Positions 19,527 to 30,108 of a stretch of 64,000 bases of DNA are shown here, piece by piece. The DNA is from an uncultured Myxococcales bacterium (GTDB taxonomy: Bacteria; Myxococcota_A; UBA9042; DTJE01), in the NCBI GenBank assembly GCA_903936705.1, contig CAIZWN010000073.1:26061-90060 (forward strand), given 5' to 3'. The notes beneath the pieces were generated by a model that was not told the origin of the DNA, ran no database searches, and saw only the letters and a program-made list of their open reading frames with translations. Position 1 is the stretch's first letter, and the number at the start of each line of letters is the position of its first letter. A program made the translations under genes and the position numbers.

Positions 19527-21509
19527 GTGAACACCAGTGAACAAGGCGTCTACTACATCACGACGCCCATCTACTACGTCAACGACAAGCCCCACATCGG
19601 GCATGCGTACTGCACTGTCCTTGCCGACGTGCTGGCAAGGTTCCACAGCCTGTTCGGCCAGAGCACGTGGTTTCTGACCGGCGTGGACGAGCACGGCCAG
19701 AAGGTCGAAGAGGCCGCACGCAAGCGAGGGATGACTCCCCAGGCCCACTGCGACGAGATGCAGGCCCATTTCAGGGACCTGTGGCCGACGTTGGACGTCG
19801 CGAACGACGACTTCATCAGGACCACCGAGCCGCGCCACGAGAGCGTTGTCCAGGAGGCCCTGCAAAGGCTGTGGGACCGCGGCGAGATCTACCGTGGCGA
19901 GTACGAGGGCTTCTACAGCCCGCGTGTCGAGAAGTTCTTCACCGAGGATGAACTTGTCGATGGCAAGTGCCCCGAGACTGGCGGCGAGGTGAACCGGATC
20001 AAGGAGGCGAACTACTTCTTCAAGATGTCGAAGTATCAGGATCGGCTGATCCGTCACCTGCGCGACAACCCTGACTCGGTGCGCCCCGAATCCAGGCGCA
20101 ACGAGGTCCTGGGCTTCCTGGCAAAGCCGCTGCAGGACCTGTGCATCAGTCGGCCCAAGTCGCGCCTGTCCTGGGGGATTCCGTTGCCGTTTGACGGCGA
20201 CTACGTGACCTATGTCTGGTTTGACGCGCTGTTGAACTACTGCTCGGCCGTGGGGCTGTACCGGGACGAAGCCAGGTTCGGGCGCTTGTGGCCGTCGGTA
20301 ACACACCTGATCGGCAAGGACATCCTGACCACCCACAGCGTCTACTGGACGACGATGCTGATGGCGCTGGAACTGCCGCTGCCAAGGATTGTCGCTCACG
20401 GTTGGTGGCTGATCGACAAGACAAAGATGTCGAAATCGCTGGGCAACGTGGTCAATCCCCTGTCGATGAAGGACAAGTACGGTGTCGACTCGCTGCGCTA
20501 TTTCCTGATGCGCGAGATGGTCGTTGGTCTGGACGCCGACTTTTCCGAGGCGGCCTTCCTGAAGCGACACAACTACGACCTGGCCAATGATCTTGGCAAC
20601 CTGGCAAATCGGCTGGTGAAGTTTGCCGAGCGCTCGATGGGCGGCGTAGTGCCGGAGCCAGGTGATGGCTCGGGGACGCCACATGATGCGGACCTGCGAG
20701 CCCAGTCCGAGGCGCTGCCGGGGCGAGTGCGCGAGTTGGTGGGCGAATTGCGAGTGGAGCAAGCGGTCGAGACGACCATGAACCTGGTGCGGCGCGTCAA
20801 CCGTTACGTGTCCGAGACCGAGCCCTTCAAGGTGGTCAAGACGGACCCGGCTCGTGCGGGCGCGGCAGTCTGGGCGGCGCTAGAGGCGCTGCGGTTCGCC
20901 CTGAACTGCCTGTGGCCAATCATGCCCGGAAAGTGCCATGCACTGCTGAAGGCCATTGGAGCCGGCGAACCTGTATCGAGGCTTGACGATCTGGCCTGGG
21001 GCGGCTTGAAGGCCGGCTCGGCACTGTTGCTGGAGGCCGCGCCATTTCCCAGGTTTGACGTCCCCGAGTTCCAGAATGTGCCGGTGGTTCCCGTTGGTTC
21101 CAAGGAAGCTGACTCCGCCGCCGCCATCGCCGTCGCCGGCATCGATCCTGCTGCAAAGGTTGAAGCGGCCCCGCAGGCCGTGGCGGGGATTTCCTTCCCG
21201 GATTTCGCCAAGGTGGACCTGCGGGTTGGCACCGTGCTGCAAGCCGAGTCAGTGCCTGGTTCCGACAAGTTGTTGAAGCTGCAGGTTGACCTGGGCGAGC
21301 CTCAGCCCCGTCAGATCGTTGCCGGCATTGGAAAGGCTTATGCCGCGGCTGACCTGATAGGCAGGCAACTGGTGATAGTCGCGAACCTGGAACCTCGAAA
21401 GGTTTTCGGGAACCTCTCGAACGGCATGGTGCTGGCTGCGTCTGACGATGCTGGGCCGGCGGTGCTGGCCCCGGGGCGCCTGATTCCGGCGGGAACGCGG
21501 GTGTCCTGA
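19527..21509 (+). CDS. metG: Methionine--tRNA ligase with a C-terminal tRNA-binding (EMAP-like) domain
   Basis: The class I HIGH motif is PHIGHAY and KMSKS is present. The C-terminal domain is FAKVDLRVGTVLQAE...KLLKLQVDLGE. The GTG at 19527 is preferred because GGAGG lies 5 nt upstream; the ATG at 19515 is an alternative. Confidence 0.9.
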   Translation: MNTSEQGVYYITTPIYYVNDKPHIGHAYCTVLADVLARFHSLFGQSTWFLTGVDEHGQKVEEAARKRGMTPQAHCDEMQAHFRDLWPTLDVANDDFIRTTEPRHESVVQEALQRLWDRGEIYRGEYEGFYSPRVEKFFTEDELVDGKCPETGGEVNRIKEANYFFKMSKYQDRLIRHLRDNPDSVRPESRRNEVLGFLAKPLQDLCISRPKSRLSWGIPLPFDGDYVTYVWFDALLNYCSAVGLYRDEARFGRLWPSVTHLIGKDILTTHSVYWTTMLMALELPLPRIVAHGWWLIDKTKMSKSLGNVVNPLSMKDKYGVDSLRYFLMREMVVGLDADFSEAAFLKRHNYDLANDLGNLANRLVKFAERSMGGVVPEPGDGSGTPHDADLRAQSEALPGRVRELVGELRVEQAVETTMNLVRRVNRYVSETEPFKVVKTDPARAGAAVWAALEALRFALNCLWPIMPGKCHALLKAIGAGEPVSRLDDLAWGGLKAGSALLLEAAPFPRFDVPEFQNVPVVPVGSKEADSAAAIAVAGIDPAAKVEAAPQAVAGISFPDFAKVDLRVGTVLQAESVPGSDKLLKLQVDLGEPQPRQIVAGIGKAYAAADLIGRQLVIVANLEPRKVFGNLSNGMVLAASDDAGPAVLAPGRLIPAGTRVS

Positions 21510-21513
21510 AACG

Positions 21514-23409
21514 CTAGGGCGTTGCCGGCGATGCAGCAGCGCCGCGGACGCCATCGGCGGCCTCGATTACGCATTCAAGGTAGTCGGCCGACTTCAGCAG
21601 CGGGTAGTCCGGCTTGACCTGCGGTCTGGGGTCGGTCTTGACCAGCTGGTCGGCGATCCCGGTCTTCTTGGAGCACGCCAGCACACGCTTGGTCAAAGCC
21701 GCGTTCGGCGAGACGTATTCGCCGGACAGGCGCGACAGGTGGTGGTGCAGATCCTCCTCGCGAAAGCCAACGGGAGGCTGTTCCCCGGGCAGAGGCGGGA
21801 CCGTGATGTCGGGAATCACGCCGGTCACCTGCAGGGTGCGACCGGTGGGCGCGTAGTAGCGCGCGATGGTCAGCTTGATGTAGTAGTCGCGTCGCAGCAG
21901 CGGATTCAGGAGGGTCTGGACCGATGCCTTGCCAAAGGTGCGATCCCCGACGACCAGGGCGCGCTGGTTTTCCTGCAATGCGCTTGCCATGATCTCGGCG
22001 GCCGAAGCGCTGCCATCGTTCACCAGGACCACGGTCGGGAAGGTCCACGAGCCGGGTTCGGCCTTGAAGACCTCGTCTCGGTCGCTGGGATTCTTGACGC
22101 TGACTATGACGCCTTCTTCCAGGAAGTCGTCGGCCATGTCGACCGACTCCTGCAACAAACCTCCCGAATTGTTGCGCATATCCAGGACCAGCCCGCGCAG
22201 TCGCCCTCCCTTCGTCTGGGATTTCAAGGTGTCAACGGCTTGCTGAACCGTCTCGCGAGTGGATGGGACGAATCCGGTGACCTTTATGTAGCCCACGTCC
22301 GGATGACGTTCCAGCAGCCTGGACTGCACGTTCTTGACGTCGATGTGGTCGCGCATGATTGGAAACGTCAGGTCCTTGGGTTCTCCCAGCCTTCGTACCT
22401 TCAGCACCACTGTCGATCCCTTCGATCCTCGAATGCGTTTGACGACCTTCTGGAGTTCCATGCCCGAAACGACCTTGTCGTCCACCTGAACGATCACGTC
22501 GCCTGCCCGCAGTCCGGCCTTGAAGGCTGGTTGTCCCTCCATTGGGTTCTCGACCAGGATGTCGTCGCCGTGTCTCATCAAGACCGCGCCGATGCCTTCG
22601 AACGAACCGTCGGTCGTGGTGCGGGTGGTCTCGTCCCATGCCTTCGCCGACACGATGGTCGAGTGGGGGTCAAGTGATCCCAGGTAGCCTTGTGCCGCCG
22701 CGATGTAGAACTTTGAGGGCCGCAACGCTGGCTTGTCGGATGGCTGCGCCTTGATCCATTCCATCACGCGTTCAAAGTCGGACTCGGTGAACGGCACGCG
22801 GGTCCAAGCACTGTCCAGTTCGGCAAGGCGCTGCCTGTATTCCTTCTTCCTGGCCCTGATCTGGTTTGGGGTGAGGGCGCTGGCGGGCTTGTCGGGAACC
22901 TCCTTGGCGATGCGAGCAACCAGAAAGAAATCGCCCTTCTTCAGGCGATCGGGCTGACCCTCCCAGCGCTTGCGTTCCTTCGCGATGGCCTGCTTGCTGC
23001 GCCACCAGTCCTCGGGGACAGCCTCACGTGGAGGCTCCATCGTGTGCAGGGCGAAATTGGCCGCGGTCAGCCATGCCAGATGCTTGTCGTACCCGGGGTC
23101 GATATAGAACGCCTTCACAAAGTGGCGTACTTCGGCGAAATCATCGGGGCCGAACTCCACACCCTCCCAGTAGTCCTTTTCCTTGTCATCGTCGTCGGCA
23201 TCGTCACCCATTCGATCCGGCGTGTTGCCGGATGAGGCCAGCAGGACCTGCGGACGAGGCAACAGGCGCAGGGAAGCAGGCTCCGGCGACAAAGCTGGGG
23301 CTTCCGGTGCAGTGGCGATGCAGCCACCCGATGCAAGCGTGGCGAAAGCGACTGCCACGAGGGGTTGGATTTGAATGGGGAACCTCAAATGGCACCTCCG
23401 ATCCCGCAT
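21514..23409 (-). CDS. Carboxyl-terminal processing protease (S41 family) with a PDZ domain, lipoprotein
   Basis: The PDZ region is GDVIVQVDDKVV and the tail-specific protease core is LVLDMRNNSGGLL...TFGKASVQ. The lipobox is ASGGC. Confidence 0.8.
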   Translation of the reverse strand: MRDRRCHLRFPIQIQPLVAVAFATLASGGCIATAPEAPALSPEPASLRLLPRPQVLLASSGNTPDRMGDDADDDDKEKDYWEGVEFGPDDFAEVRHFVKAFYIDPGYDKHLAWLTAANFALHTMEPPREAVPEDWWRSKQAIAKERKRWEGQPDRLKKGDFFLVARIAKEVPDKPASALTPNQIRARKKEYRQRLAELDSAWTRVPFTESDFERVMEWIKAQPSDKPALRPSKFYIAAAQGYLGSLDPHSTIVSAKAWDETTRTTTDGSFEGIGAVLMRHGDDILVENPMEGQPAFKAGLRAGDVIVQVDDKVVSGMELQKVVKRIRGSKGSTVVLKVRRLGEPKDLTFPIMRDHIDVKNVQSRLLERHPDVGYIKVTGFVPSTRETVQQAVDTLKSQTKGGRLRGLVLDMRNNSGGLLQESVDMADDFLEEGVIVSVKNPSDRDEVFKAEPGSWTFPTVVLVNDGSASAAEIMASALQENQRALVVGDRTFGKASVQTLLNPLLRRDYYIKLTIARYYAPTGRTLQVTGVIPDITVPPLPGEQPPVGFREEDLHHHLSRLSGEYVSPNAALTKRVLACSKKTGIADQLVKTDPRPQVKPDYPLLKSADYLECVIEAADGVRGAAASPATP

Positions 23410-23687
23410 GACAAGCTAACACACGGGGTACCCCGGTTCAACAAAACGGCCGGTACGCGCCTGCTCGCGGCCAGAAAGGCCATGGGTCCCAGTTGCACAC
23501 AACATCCACATGCCTGCTCAAATTGCGACGGGGTGATCCTTCTGCCGGTGCTGCCTGCCGGATTTCGCGCGGGAGCAGCCTGGGATGCGGGGGCGCAACG
23601 TGCACCTGCCGCCGGTCCGAAACTGCTGTGATACACTGCGCCCCTAGTGGAAAAGCCGCCCCAAAGGGGTTGCTGGGGGAATCTCGA

Positions 23688-24695
23688 GTGCCAGTTGGAC
23701 CTTTTGCAATCTACCTGAACTGCAACGCTCGTCGCGTGTTGCCGGACGTCGTTAAACAGATCGAGGAACTGGTTTCCCCTGACGACATCTTTTTTGCATC
23801 GACGCCGGATGATTCCGATCAGTTCGCGAAGACGATCCTCCATCGGCGCTATCCGACGGTCTTTACCGGTGGTGGCGACGGGACTGTGGTGCAACTGATC
23901 AACTCGCTGTGGAAGGCGTCCCTGGAACGCCCCGAGCGTCCCCAGTTGCCGGCGATTGGAGTCCTGTCACTGGGGACCGGCAACGCACTGTCGTTGCTGG
24001 TTTCGTCCGGCAGCGCGGTTCAGGATTTGAAGACGTATGTCACCAATCCATCGCTGGATACCTGGACGATTTCGCTGGTGGAGGTTGATGGGCGCCTGTT
24101 CCCGTTCGCCAGCCTTGGTACGGATGCCGAGCTGCTTGGCGATTACGTGACCATGAAGAAGCGTTTCGGGTCGGGTCGGCTGAAGCCGTTGTTCCAGAAC
24201 GTCGGTGGATATTTCGTGGCCTTCCTGGGTGCCACGGCGCCCAGGCATCTGAAAGGGTTTGTCGAGGGGCGCAACCTGAGGGTGCGCATCACGAATCTGG
24301 GCGAGAACGCGTGGCGGATCGGGGCCGAGGGCGCCAAGGGTCGTGTTTTCGGGCCGGGCGAGGTGCTGTACGAGGGACCGGTCATCGTGACGGTCGCCGG
24401 TACGACGCCCACATTCGGGTACAACATGAGGGTCCTGCCTTGGGCGGATCGCCACCCGGATTTCTTCCAACTGAGGATTTCGAATGTCCCGTTGGCATGG
24501 AGCCTGTTGAAGATTCGCAATGTCTGGGATGGCACTTTTTCCGCCGACGGCCTGTTTGATTTCTATGCGTCGCACGTCAAGCTGGAATATTCCGATCCGG
24601 TGCCCTTCCAGGTTGCGGGCGACGTGGCTGGAACACGTGACTGTGTGGAATTCCGGGTGGTCCCCAGGGCCATCCGGTTGTTGCGATTCATTTGA
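23688..24695 (+). CDS. Diacylglycerol/lipid kinase catalytic-domain protein (YegS/BmrU-like)
   Basis: It carries the GGDGT motif (VFTGGGDGTVVQLIN). The N-terminal 65 codons of ORF 23493.. look non-coding, so a GTG start near 23688 is inferred. Confidence 0.55.
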   Translation: MPVGPFAIYLNCNARRVLPDVVKQIEELVSPDDIFFASTPDDSDQFAKTILHRRYPTVFTGGGDGTVVQLINSLWKASLERPERPQLPAIGVLSLGTGNALSLLVSSGSAVQDLKTYVTNPSLDTWTISLVEVDGRLFPFASLGTDAELLGDYVTMKKRFGSGRLKPLFQNVGGYFVAFLGATAPRHLKGFVEGRNLRVRITNLGENAWRIGAEGAKGRVFGPGEVLYEGPVIVTVAGTTPTFGYNMRVLPWADRHPDFFQLRISNVPLAWSLLKIRNVWDGTFSADGLFDFYASHVKLEYSDPVPFQVAGDVAGTRDCVEFRVVPRAIRLLRFI

Positions 24696-24761
24696 GCATG
24701 GGTTGCTGGCGGGACTGCTGGTGCCATCGACTGCAGTCGCTGCAACCTAAACGGGGGATTC

Positions 24762-24944
24762 ATGAAACGGAATGTCTGCCTGGTTTGCGGCTACGCGTTT
24801 GATTCCTCGATCGGGGACCCGGTTGGCGGCATTCCTGCTGGTACGGCGTTCGAGGATCTGCCCGAGGGGTGGGTCTGTCCCGAGTGCGGCGCCGAGAAAC
24901 AGATGTTCGAGCTAGAGGAGACTTCAGGGGGGGGCAATTCATGA
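24762..24944 (+). CDS. Rubredoxin
   Basis: The motifs are CLVCGYAFD and W.CPECG (CxxCG x2), with the aromatic core and FEDLP. RBS GGGGGA precedes the start. Confidence 0.92.
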   Translation: MKRNVCLVCGYAFDSSIGDPVGGIPAGTAFEDLPEGWVCPECGAEKQMFELEETSGGGNS

Positions 24945-26101
24945 ATCCTCGGACGTGCGTCATAGTGGGCGGGGGTGTTGCCGGGATCGAGGCTGCCACT
25001 GCTTTTCGGGCCCGGGATGCCGACTCGCGGATCCTGGTTCTGACGGACGAGCCATGGCCATTCTATGCACGGATCCGGCTGGGCGAGGTCGTTGACGGGC
25101 GCCTGGATCCGCAGGGACTCTTCCTGCGGCTGGATGCCTGGTATGCCGAACAGCGGATCCAGATGCAGCGCGAGGCTCGTGTCGATGGAATCGATGTGCC
25201 CGGCGCGAGGGTGCGGCTGGCTGGTGGCGAGTCGATCCCTTATGACGCCCTCTTGCTGGCCGTTGGCGCGCGGCCGTTTCTGCCGCCGTTTCCGGGGGCT
25301 GAACTGAACTCGGTTGCAACGTTGCGTTCCATGAATGACGCTGTGCAGTTGAGGCGGCGGATGGTGCCCGGCGGGACGTGCGTTGTCGTGGGAGGAGGGC
25401 TGCTTGGCCTGGAGCTGGCGGCATCGATGGCCGGCACCGGGACTGCGGTCACGGTCGTAGAGGCCGCTTCATGGCTGCTGTCGCGGCAAGTCGATCCCGA
25501 GGGTGGCGCGGTTCTGCAAGGGATGCTTGAACGAAAGGGTGTCGCGTTCCGTCTGGGCGCAGGCGTTCTTGGGGTCGAGGAGTCTGGAAATGGTGCGGCG
25601 CGTGTCCTGCTGAAGGGCGGGGAATCGCTGTCGGCCGATCTTGTGGTGGTGTCTGCGGGAGTCCGTCCCGATACAACGCTGGCTCGCGAGGCTGGTCTGG
25701 CAGTGGCCCAGGGAATCTCGGTGGACGATGCGATGCTTACATCGGCCCCGGGCGTATGGGCGGCCGGGGACTGTGCGCAGCACGGGACTGGGCTGTACGG
25801 CTTCTGGAGCGCAGGTGCCGAACAGGGGAAGGCGGCTGGTGCGTCAATGGCCGGTGCGGTGGTCAATTACAAGGGGACCGTCAGGCAGACGACCCTGAAA
25901 ATTACTGACGTGGCCGTTTTTTGCATCGGGGACATGTCGGCGCCATTTGACCGGCAGGAGTCGTTCCAGGACGGTGATTCATACCGTCGCGTGTTGATGG
26001 ATGCCGCTGGCCGGGTTGCCGGCGCGGTACTTGTCGGGAATCTGGATGAGAGGAAGGCGTTGGTGGTGTCGTCGATGACCGGGCGTCCATATCGGCCTTG
26101 A
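24941..26101 (+). CDS. NAD(P)H-dependent rubredoxin reductase-like FAD oxidoreductase
   Basis: It has two Rossmann motifs ([13 protein letters not shown] and [14 protein letters not shown]). The ATGA start/stop overlap with rubredoxin is seen directly. Confidence 0.75.
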   Translation: MNPRTCVIVGGGVAGIEAATAFRARDADSRILVLTDEPWPFYARIRLGEVVDGRLDPQGLFLRLDAWYAEQRIQMQREARVDGIDVPGARVRLAGGESIPYDALLLAVGARPFLPPFPGAELNSVATLRSMNDAVQLRRRMVPGGTCVVVGGGLLGLELAASMAGTGTAVTVVEAASWLLSRQVDPEGGAVLQGMLERKGVAFRLGAGVLGVEESGNGAARVLLKGGESLSADLVVVSAGVRPDTTLAREAGLAVAQGISVDDAMLTSAPGVWAAGDCAQHGTGLYGFWSAGAEQGKAAGASMAGAVVNYKGTVRQTTLKITDVAVFCIGDMSAPFDRQESFQDGDSYRRVLMDAAGRVAGAVLVGNLDERKALVVSSMTGRPYRP

Positions 26102-26136
26102 GTCAGGCCGCCGGAACGGTCAGGAAGGAGGGGATC

Positions 26137-26655
26137 ATGACGGTCGAGGTAGCGATTCGAACTGCTATGGAGTACGAGGCCAAGGTGCGGGACACATATG
26201 CAGCCGAGGTGGTTCTGGCCACGGATCCGGTGGCGGTGCGCGTTCTGACTCTGCTGGCGAGGGAGGAACAGGGACACCTGGATTACCTGGTGGACCGCAT
26301 GCGGGAATGGACTGAATCGGGCACGGTCAAGCTCGAGAAGCTTGGAACGCAGGTCCCATCGGCGCAGCTCCTGGCCAAGGGCATAAAAGGCCTGGAAAGG
26401 CGCATGGCAATGACGGACGAGCAGCGTGCTTCGGCGCTTGCGACATTGAGGAAGGCCGAGGCAGCCGAGCGGGCGACGGCACAGTGGTACCACAAGGTGG
26501 TTGACGAGTTGCCCGGTGCTACCGAGAAGGCCCTTTTCAGCCGGTTCCTGGAGATCGAGGAAGGCCACGCGGCGATAGTGCAGGCCGAGATCGACTCGGT
26601 TACTGGGCTTGGTTTCTGGTTCGACGTTCCCGAGTTCAGGCTGGAATCCGAGTGA
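26137..26655 (+). CDS. Ferritin-like diiron protein (rubrerythrin family)
   Basis: Two E...EExxH half-sites are present (LAREEQGH and FLEIEEGH). The start overlaps the reductase stop region. Confidence 0.55.
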   Translation: MTVEVAIRTAMEYEAKVRDTYAAEVVLATDPVAVRVLTLLAREEQGHLDYLVDRMREWTESGTVKLEKLGTQVPSAQLLAKGIKGLERRMAMTDEQRASALATLRKAEAAERATAQWYHKVVDELPGATEKALFSRFLEIEEGHAAIVQAEIDSVTGLGFWFDVPEFRLESE

Positions 26656-26710
26656 CGCTGCTGCCCCGTTCTTCTTTCTGACTGCCTTGCCACTTCAGGT
26701 TCCAGTCCCA

Positions 26711-28990
26711 ATGTTCAGGCCTTCGGGAGGTGCGACCTTGTCTTCTTCCGGTTGCGATCTGGCGATTGTGGGAATGTCGTGCGCCAATTGTGCGAAGGCC
26801 GTCGAACGTGCGGTCTTGCGCGTTGAAGGCGTCTCGTCGGCGCAGGTGAATCTGGCCTCGGAAACATGTTCGGTGCACTTTGATTCCTCGATTGCCAGCG
26901 TCGAGTCGATGGTTCGAGCGGTCGAGGCCGCAGGTTTCAGGGCCGTGCCAGCGCGAGACGATGGCCTTGCCGAGCAGGAGGCTCGAGAGGCCGACGAAAA
27001 GGCGCGGCGGCAGCGGTTCGTGATCGGCGTCATATGCACCGTGCCGCTGGTCGTGCTGGGGATGGCCTCGGATGCCGGGTTGTTCGACGCATGGTCGGCG
27101 CGCGCGCTGGTTCCCTGGGTGCTGTTGGGCCTTGCGACGCCGGTCCAGTTTTATGCGGGATGGGGATTCCTGGCCGGGGCGGTTCGGTCGCTTCGTTCGG
27201 GTACCGCCAACATGGATGTGCTGGTATCCCTTGGATCGTTTGTGGCCTATGGCTGGTCAGCCGCGATTCTGATTGCCGGCGTGTCCGGGCATGTCATGTT
27301 CGAGACGTCCGCCCTGATCATCACGCTGGTCCAGTTGGGGAAGATGCTGGAGGGACGGGCGCGGGGGCGGGCTTCAAATGCCTTGAGGGCACTGTTGAAT
27401 CTGGTGCCCGACATCGCACACTTGAGATCTACGGCTGGTGAAAAGGACGTCTTGGCCGCGGCCCTTCGGCCGGGCGACGTTGTTGTGGTACGGCCTGGCG
27501 AGCGCGTGCCCGCCGACGGCGAACTGTTGGCCGGGCAGTCGATGGTCGACGAAAGCCTGCTGACAGGTGAATCAATTCCCGTCGTCAAGTCGCCTGGTGA
27601 TCGGCTGTTCGGGGCTACGGTGAACGGCGATGGCCTGCTGACAATGCGCATTACCGAGGCCGGGGATTCGACTGCGCTTGCCCGCATCGTGCGGCTGGTG
27701 AAGGAGGCCCAGGCTGGCCGGGCGCCTGTGCAGCGGCTGGCGGATCGCGTTTCGGGGGTGTTCGTGCCGGTGGTGGTCGGGGTGGCGGTCCTGACATTCG
27801 TGTTGTGGTGGCAGATCGGCGGCGATCCTATAGCCGCCATGGTGAGGATGGTGGCGGTGCTGGTTGTTGCCTGCCCGTGCGCGCTGGGTCTGGCGACTCC
27901 TACCGCTATCCTGGTGGGCACGGGGCGCGGCGCCAGGATGGGCCTGCTGTTCCGCGGACCCGAAATCCTCGAGGCCACGTCGCGGCTGCGTGCGGTCCTG
28001 TTGGACAAGACCGGAACCTTGACCGCAGGACGTCCGGTCCTGACCGGGGTGGTGCCGATTGGCCAGATGGATGCGGACGAGGTGCTGGGGCTGGCTGCCT
28101 GTGCCGAATCGGTCGCCGGGCATCCGCTGGGGCGTGCGGTGGTCGATCATGCCACCCAGCGAGGGTTGCTGGTGATCCAGCCAGACCAGGCCAAGGTGAC
28201 GCCGGGACTGGGTGTAGAGGCCGGTGTGGGGGCGCGTACGGTGCGCGTAGGGCGGCCAGGATGGGCTTTGTCTGACGGCGTAATCGGGGCGTCCGAGGCG
28301 CTGGGGTTGGTAAATCGCCTGACGCAAGAAGGTGCGACGTCGGCGCTGGTGGTCGTTGACGGCCAGGCGGCAGCGGTGCTGACTTTTGCCGACGTCGAGA
28401 AACCAGGTGCTGCGGCCGCCGTGAAGGATCTGAAATCGCTTGGTCTGGAGGTCGCCATGCTGACGGGCGACTCGGAACCTGTGGCCAGGGCTGTGGCCGC
28501 GCGCCTGGGGATCGGGGTGGTGACAGCCGGAATTCTGCCTGATGGGAAGGCTGATGCGGTTCGCGCCGCGAGGTCGGAATTCGGCCCGGTCGCCATGGTC
28601 GGCGACGGTATCAACGACGCGCCGGCTCTGGCCGCGGCCGACGTTGGATTCGCCATCGGGACCGGTGCGGACGTGGCCATGGAGGCTGCTGACGTGACAC
28701 TGGTCGGCGGTGATCCGGCAGGAGTGGCGCGTGCCATCAGGCTTGCGCGTGCCACCCTTCAAACCGTTCGCCAGAATCTTTTCTGGGCGTTTGCCTACAA
28801 CGTTGCGCTGATTCCGATCGCCGCCGGAGTTCTGGCGCCGTTTCAGACCGTTCCCCACGTTCTTCGCGAACTGAATCCGGCCCTGGCTGCCGCGGCGATG
28901 GCATTGTCCAGCGTGACCGTGGTGTTGAACAGCCTGAGGTTGGCCGGACGAAGGATTACGGGCTTACCCGATAACGTCACCGGCGCCTGA
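26711..28990 (+). CDS. copA: Copper-translocating P1B-type ATPase
   Basis: The N-terminal HMA domain carries GMSCANC. The membrane domain carries the CPC motif, DKTGTLT and GDGINDAP. Confidence 0.85.
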   Translation: MFRPSGGATLSSSGCDLAIVGMSCANCAKAVERAVLRVEGVSSAQVNLASETCSVHFDSSIASVESMVRAVEAAGFRAVPARDDGLAEQEAREADEKARRQRFVIGVICTVPLVVLGMASDAGLFDAWSARALVPWVLLGLATPVQFYAGWGFLAGAVRSLRSGTANMDVLVSLGSFVAYGWSAAILIAGVSGHVMFETSALIITLVQLGKMLEGRARGRASNALRALLNLVPDIAHLRSTAGEKDVLAAALRPGDVVVVRPGERVPADGELLAGQSMVDESLLTGESIPVVKSPGDRLFGATVNGDGLLTMRITEAGDSTALARIVRLVKEAQAGRAPVQRLADRVSGVFVPVVVGVAVLTFVLWWQIGGDPIAAMVRMVAVLVVACPCALGLATPTAILVGTGRGARMGLLFRGPEILEATSRLRAVLLDKTGTLTAGRPVLTGVVPIGQMDADEVLGLAACAESVAGHPLGRAVVDHATQRGLLVIQPDQAKVTPGLGVEAGVGARTVRVGRPGWALSDGVIGASEALGLVNRLTQEGATSALVVVDGQAAAVLTFADVEKPGAAAAVKDLKSLGLEVAMLTGDSEPVARAVAARLGIGVVTAGILPDGKADAVRAARSEFGPVAMVGDGINDAPALAAADVGFAIGTGADVAMEAADVTLVGGDPAGVARAIRLARATLQTVRQNLFWAFAYNVALIPIAAGVLAPFQTVPHVLRELNPALAAAAMALSSVTVVLNSLRLAGRRITGLPDNVTGA

Positions 28991-29012
28991 CCCATCCCCT
29001 TATTGGTGCGCG

Positions 29013-29041
29013 TTGACACCCGCCGACCTGCGGGGTACAAC
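29013..29041 (+). promoter_or_regulatory. Candidate sigma70-type promoter TTGACA-N17-TACAAC about 30 nt upstream of the first BMC-P gene
   Basis: A perfect -35 hexamer and a 4/6 -10 hexamer at canonical spacing are seen directly. This is unusual in a 70% GC background. Confidence 0.3.
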
Positions 29042-29069
29042 CGTTCGGCGTGTTCCGGAGGCGTTTTCG

Positions 29070-29345
29070 ATGTACCTGGGCAGGGTGGTCGGGACGGTGG
29101 TTGCAACGCGGAAGTCGCCCGGGCTGGATGGCATCCGTCTGCTTGTTGTCCAGCCTTTGAACCCCGACCGGACACCCAGGGGCAACGTTCAGGTGGCCGT
29201 TGATGCCGTTTCGGCCGGTCCGGACGAGGTGGTCTTTCTGGTTTCCAGCCGCGAGGCATCGCTGGCGCTGGAGGATTCGTTCGTGCCTGTCGATGCGGCA
29301 ATCGTTGGCATAGTTGATTCCGTGGATGTGGAGGTCATGCCGTGA
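29070..29345 (+). CDS. Bacterial microcompartment vertex protein (BMC-P; EutN/CcmL/PduN family)
   Basis: [29 protein letters not shown]...[17 protein letters not shown]...[11 protein letters not shown] matches the EutN_CcmL fold pattern. GGAGG lies 8 nt before the ATG. Confidence 0.85.
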   Translation: MYLGRVVGTVVATRKSPGLDGIRLLVVQPLNPDRTPRGNVQVAVDAVSAGPDEVVFLVSSREASLALEDSFVPVDAAIVGIVDSVDVEVMP

Positions 29346-29659
29346 CGTTGTGTCGCGTCCTTGGGCCGGTCGTATCCACCATCAAGCACCCGACCTACAA
29401 GGGCCTGAAGCTGTTCGTGGTCCAGCCGGTCGATCCCGACGGCAGTGCGTCCGACCCTTCGTTCCTGGCCGTGGACGTGGTCCAGGCAGGGCAGGGTGAC
29501 CTTGTGCTGGTCAACAGCGAGGGCAACAGTACCCGCCAGATCCTGCAACAAAAGCAGTTGCCTATCAGGTCCCTGATCGTCGGGATAGTGGATGCGGTGG
29601 ACGCCAGGATTCCGGCAGCCCCGCCCGAAGGCACGGTTGCCGCGCAAGCCGACGCGTGA
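29342..29659 (+). CDS. Second BMC vertex protein (BMC-P) paralog
   Basis: [29 protein letters not shown]...[15 protein letters not shown]...[10 protein letters not shown] matches the same fold. The GTG start overlaps the upstream stop (GTGA). Confidence 0.85.
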   Translation: MTLCRVLGPVVSTIKHPTYKGLKLFVVQPVDPDGSASDPSFLAVDVVQAGQGDLVLVNSEGNSTRQILQQKQLPIRSLIVGIVDAVDARIPAAPPEGTVAAQADA

Positions 29660-29701
29660 AAGTGCCGGTCGCGTTGTCCCGACATCGAACCAGGTGCGTT
29701 T

Positions 29702-29998
29702 CTACGAGCGGCGGAGTCGGGCGACAATCCGATCCTTGACCGGGTTGCCTGCGTCGGCTGCGGTGTTCAGGACCAGGCTGGCCTCCAGTTGGTTCAGCCA
29801 GGCCTTCGTCTCCGGGAAATCCACACCGCGGCGAGTCACGGCGGCGGTCAGCGGCTCGGAAATCCCGAATCGCATCCGCACATAGCGCTCCTCTTCTTCC
29901 GAGAGCAGGCCCTGGGCGATCGAGGTGCGCACGTCTGCGCGGGTCAGGGTCACGGTCTGCGTCGTGGTCGTGGTCGTCGGTTTCGTCTTGCGGTCCAT
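29702..29998 (-). CDS. Small protein with a sigma-70 region-4-like HTH segment and a poly-Thr tract (hypothetical)
   Basis: LSEEEERYVRMRFGI resembles the RpoD region 4.1 sequence LTPREAKVLRMRFGI. GGAGG lies 6 nt before the ATG at 29998. The ORF-track start at 30019 lacks an RBS. Confidence 0.4.
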   Translation of the reverse strand: MDRKTKPTTTTTTQTVTLTRADVRTSIAQGLLSEEEERYVRMRFGISEPLTAAVTRRGVDFPETKAWLNQLEASLVLNTAADAGNPVKDRIVARLRRS

Positions 29999-30108
29999 TT
30001 GTTTCCTCCGAGCTGTCAATCCCCATCGGGGACTGGCGATAATCGCACGCCGCGGGTCAAGCTGCCAAGTTCCCGACAGTTCCCTGCAATAACAAGCAGG
30101 TGGAACGT

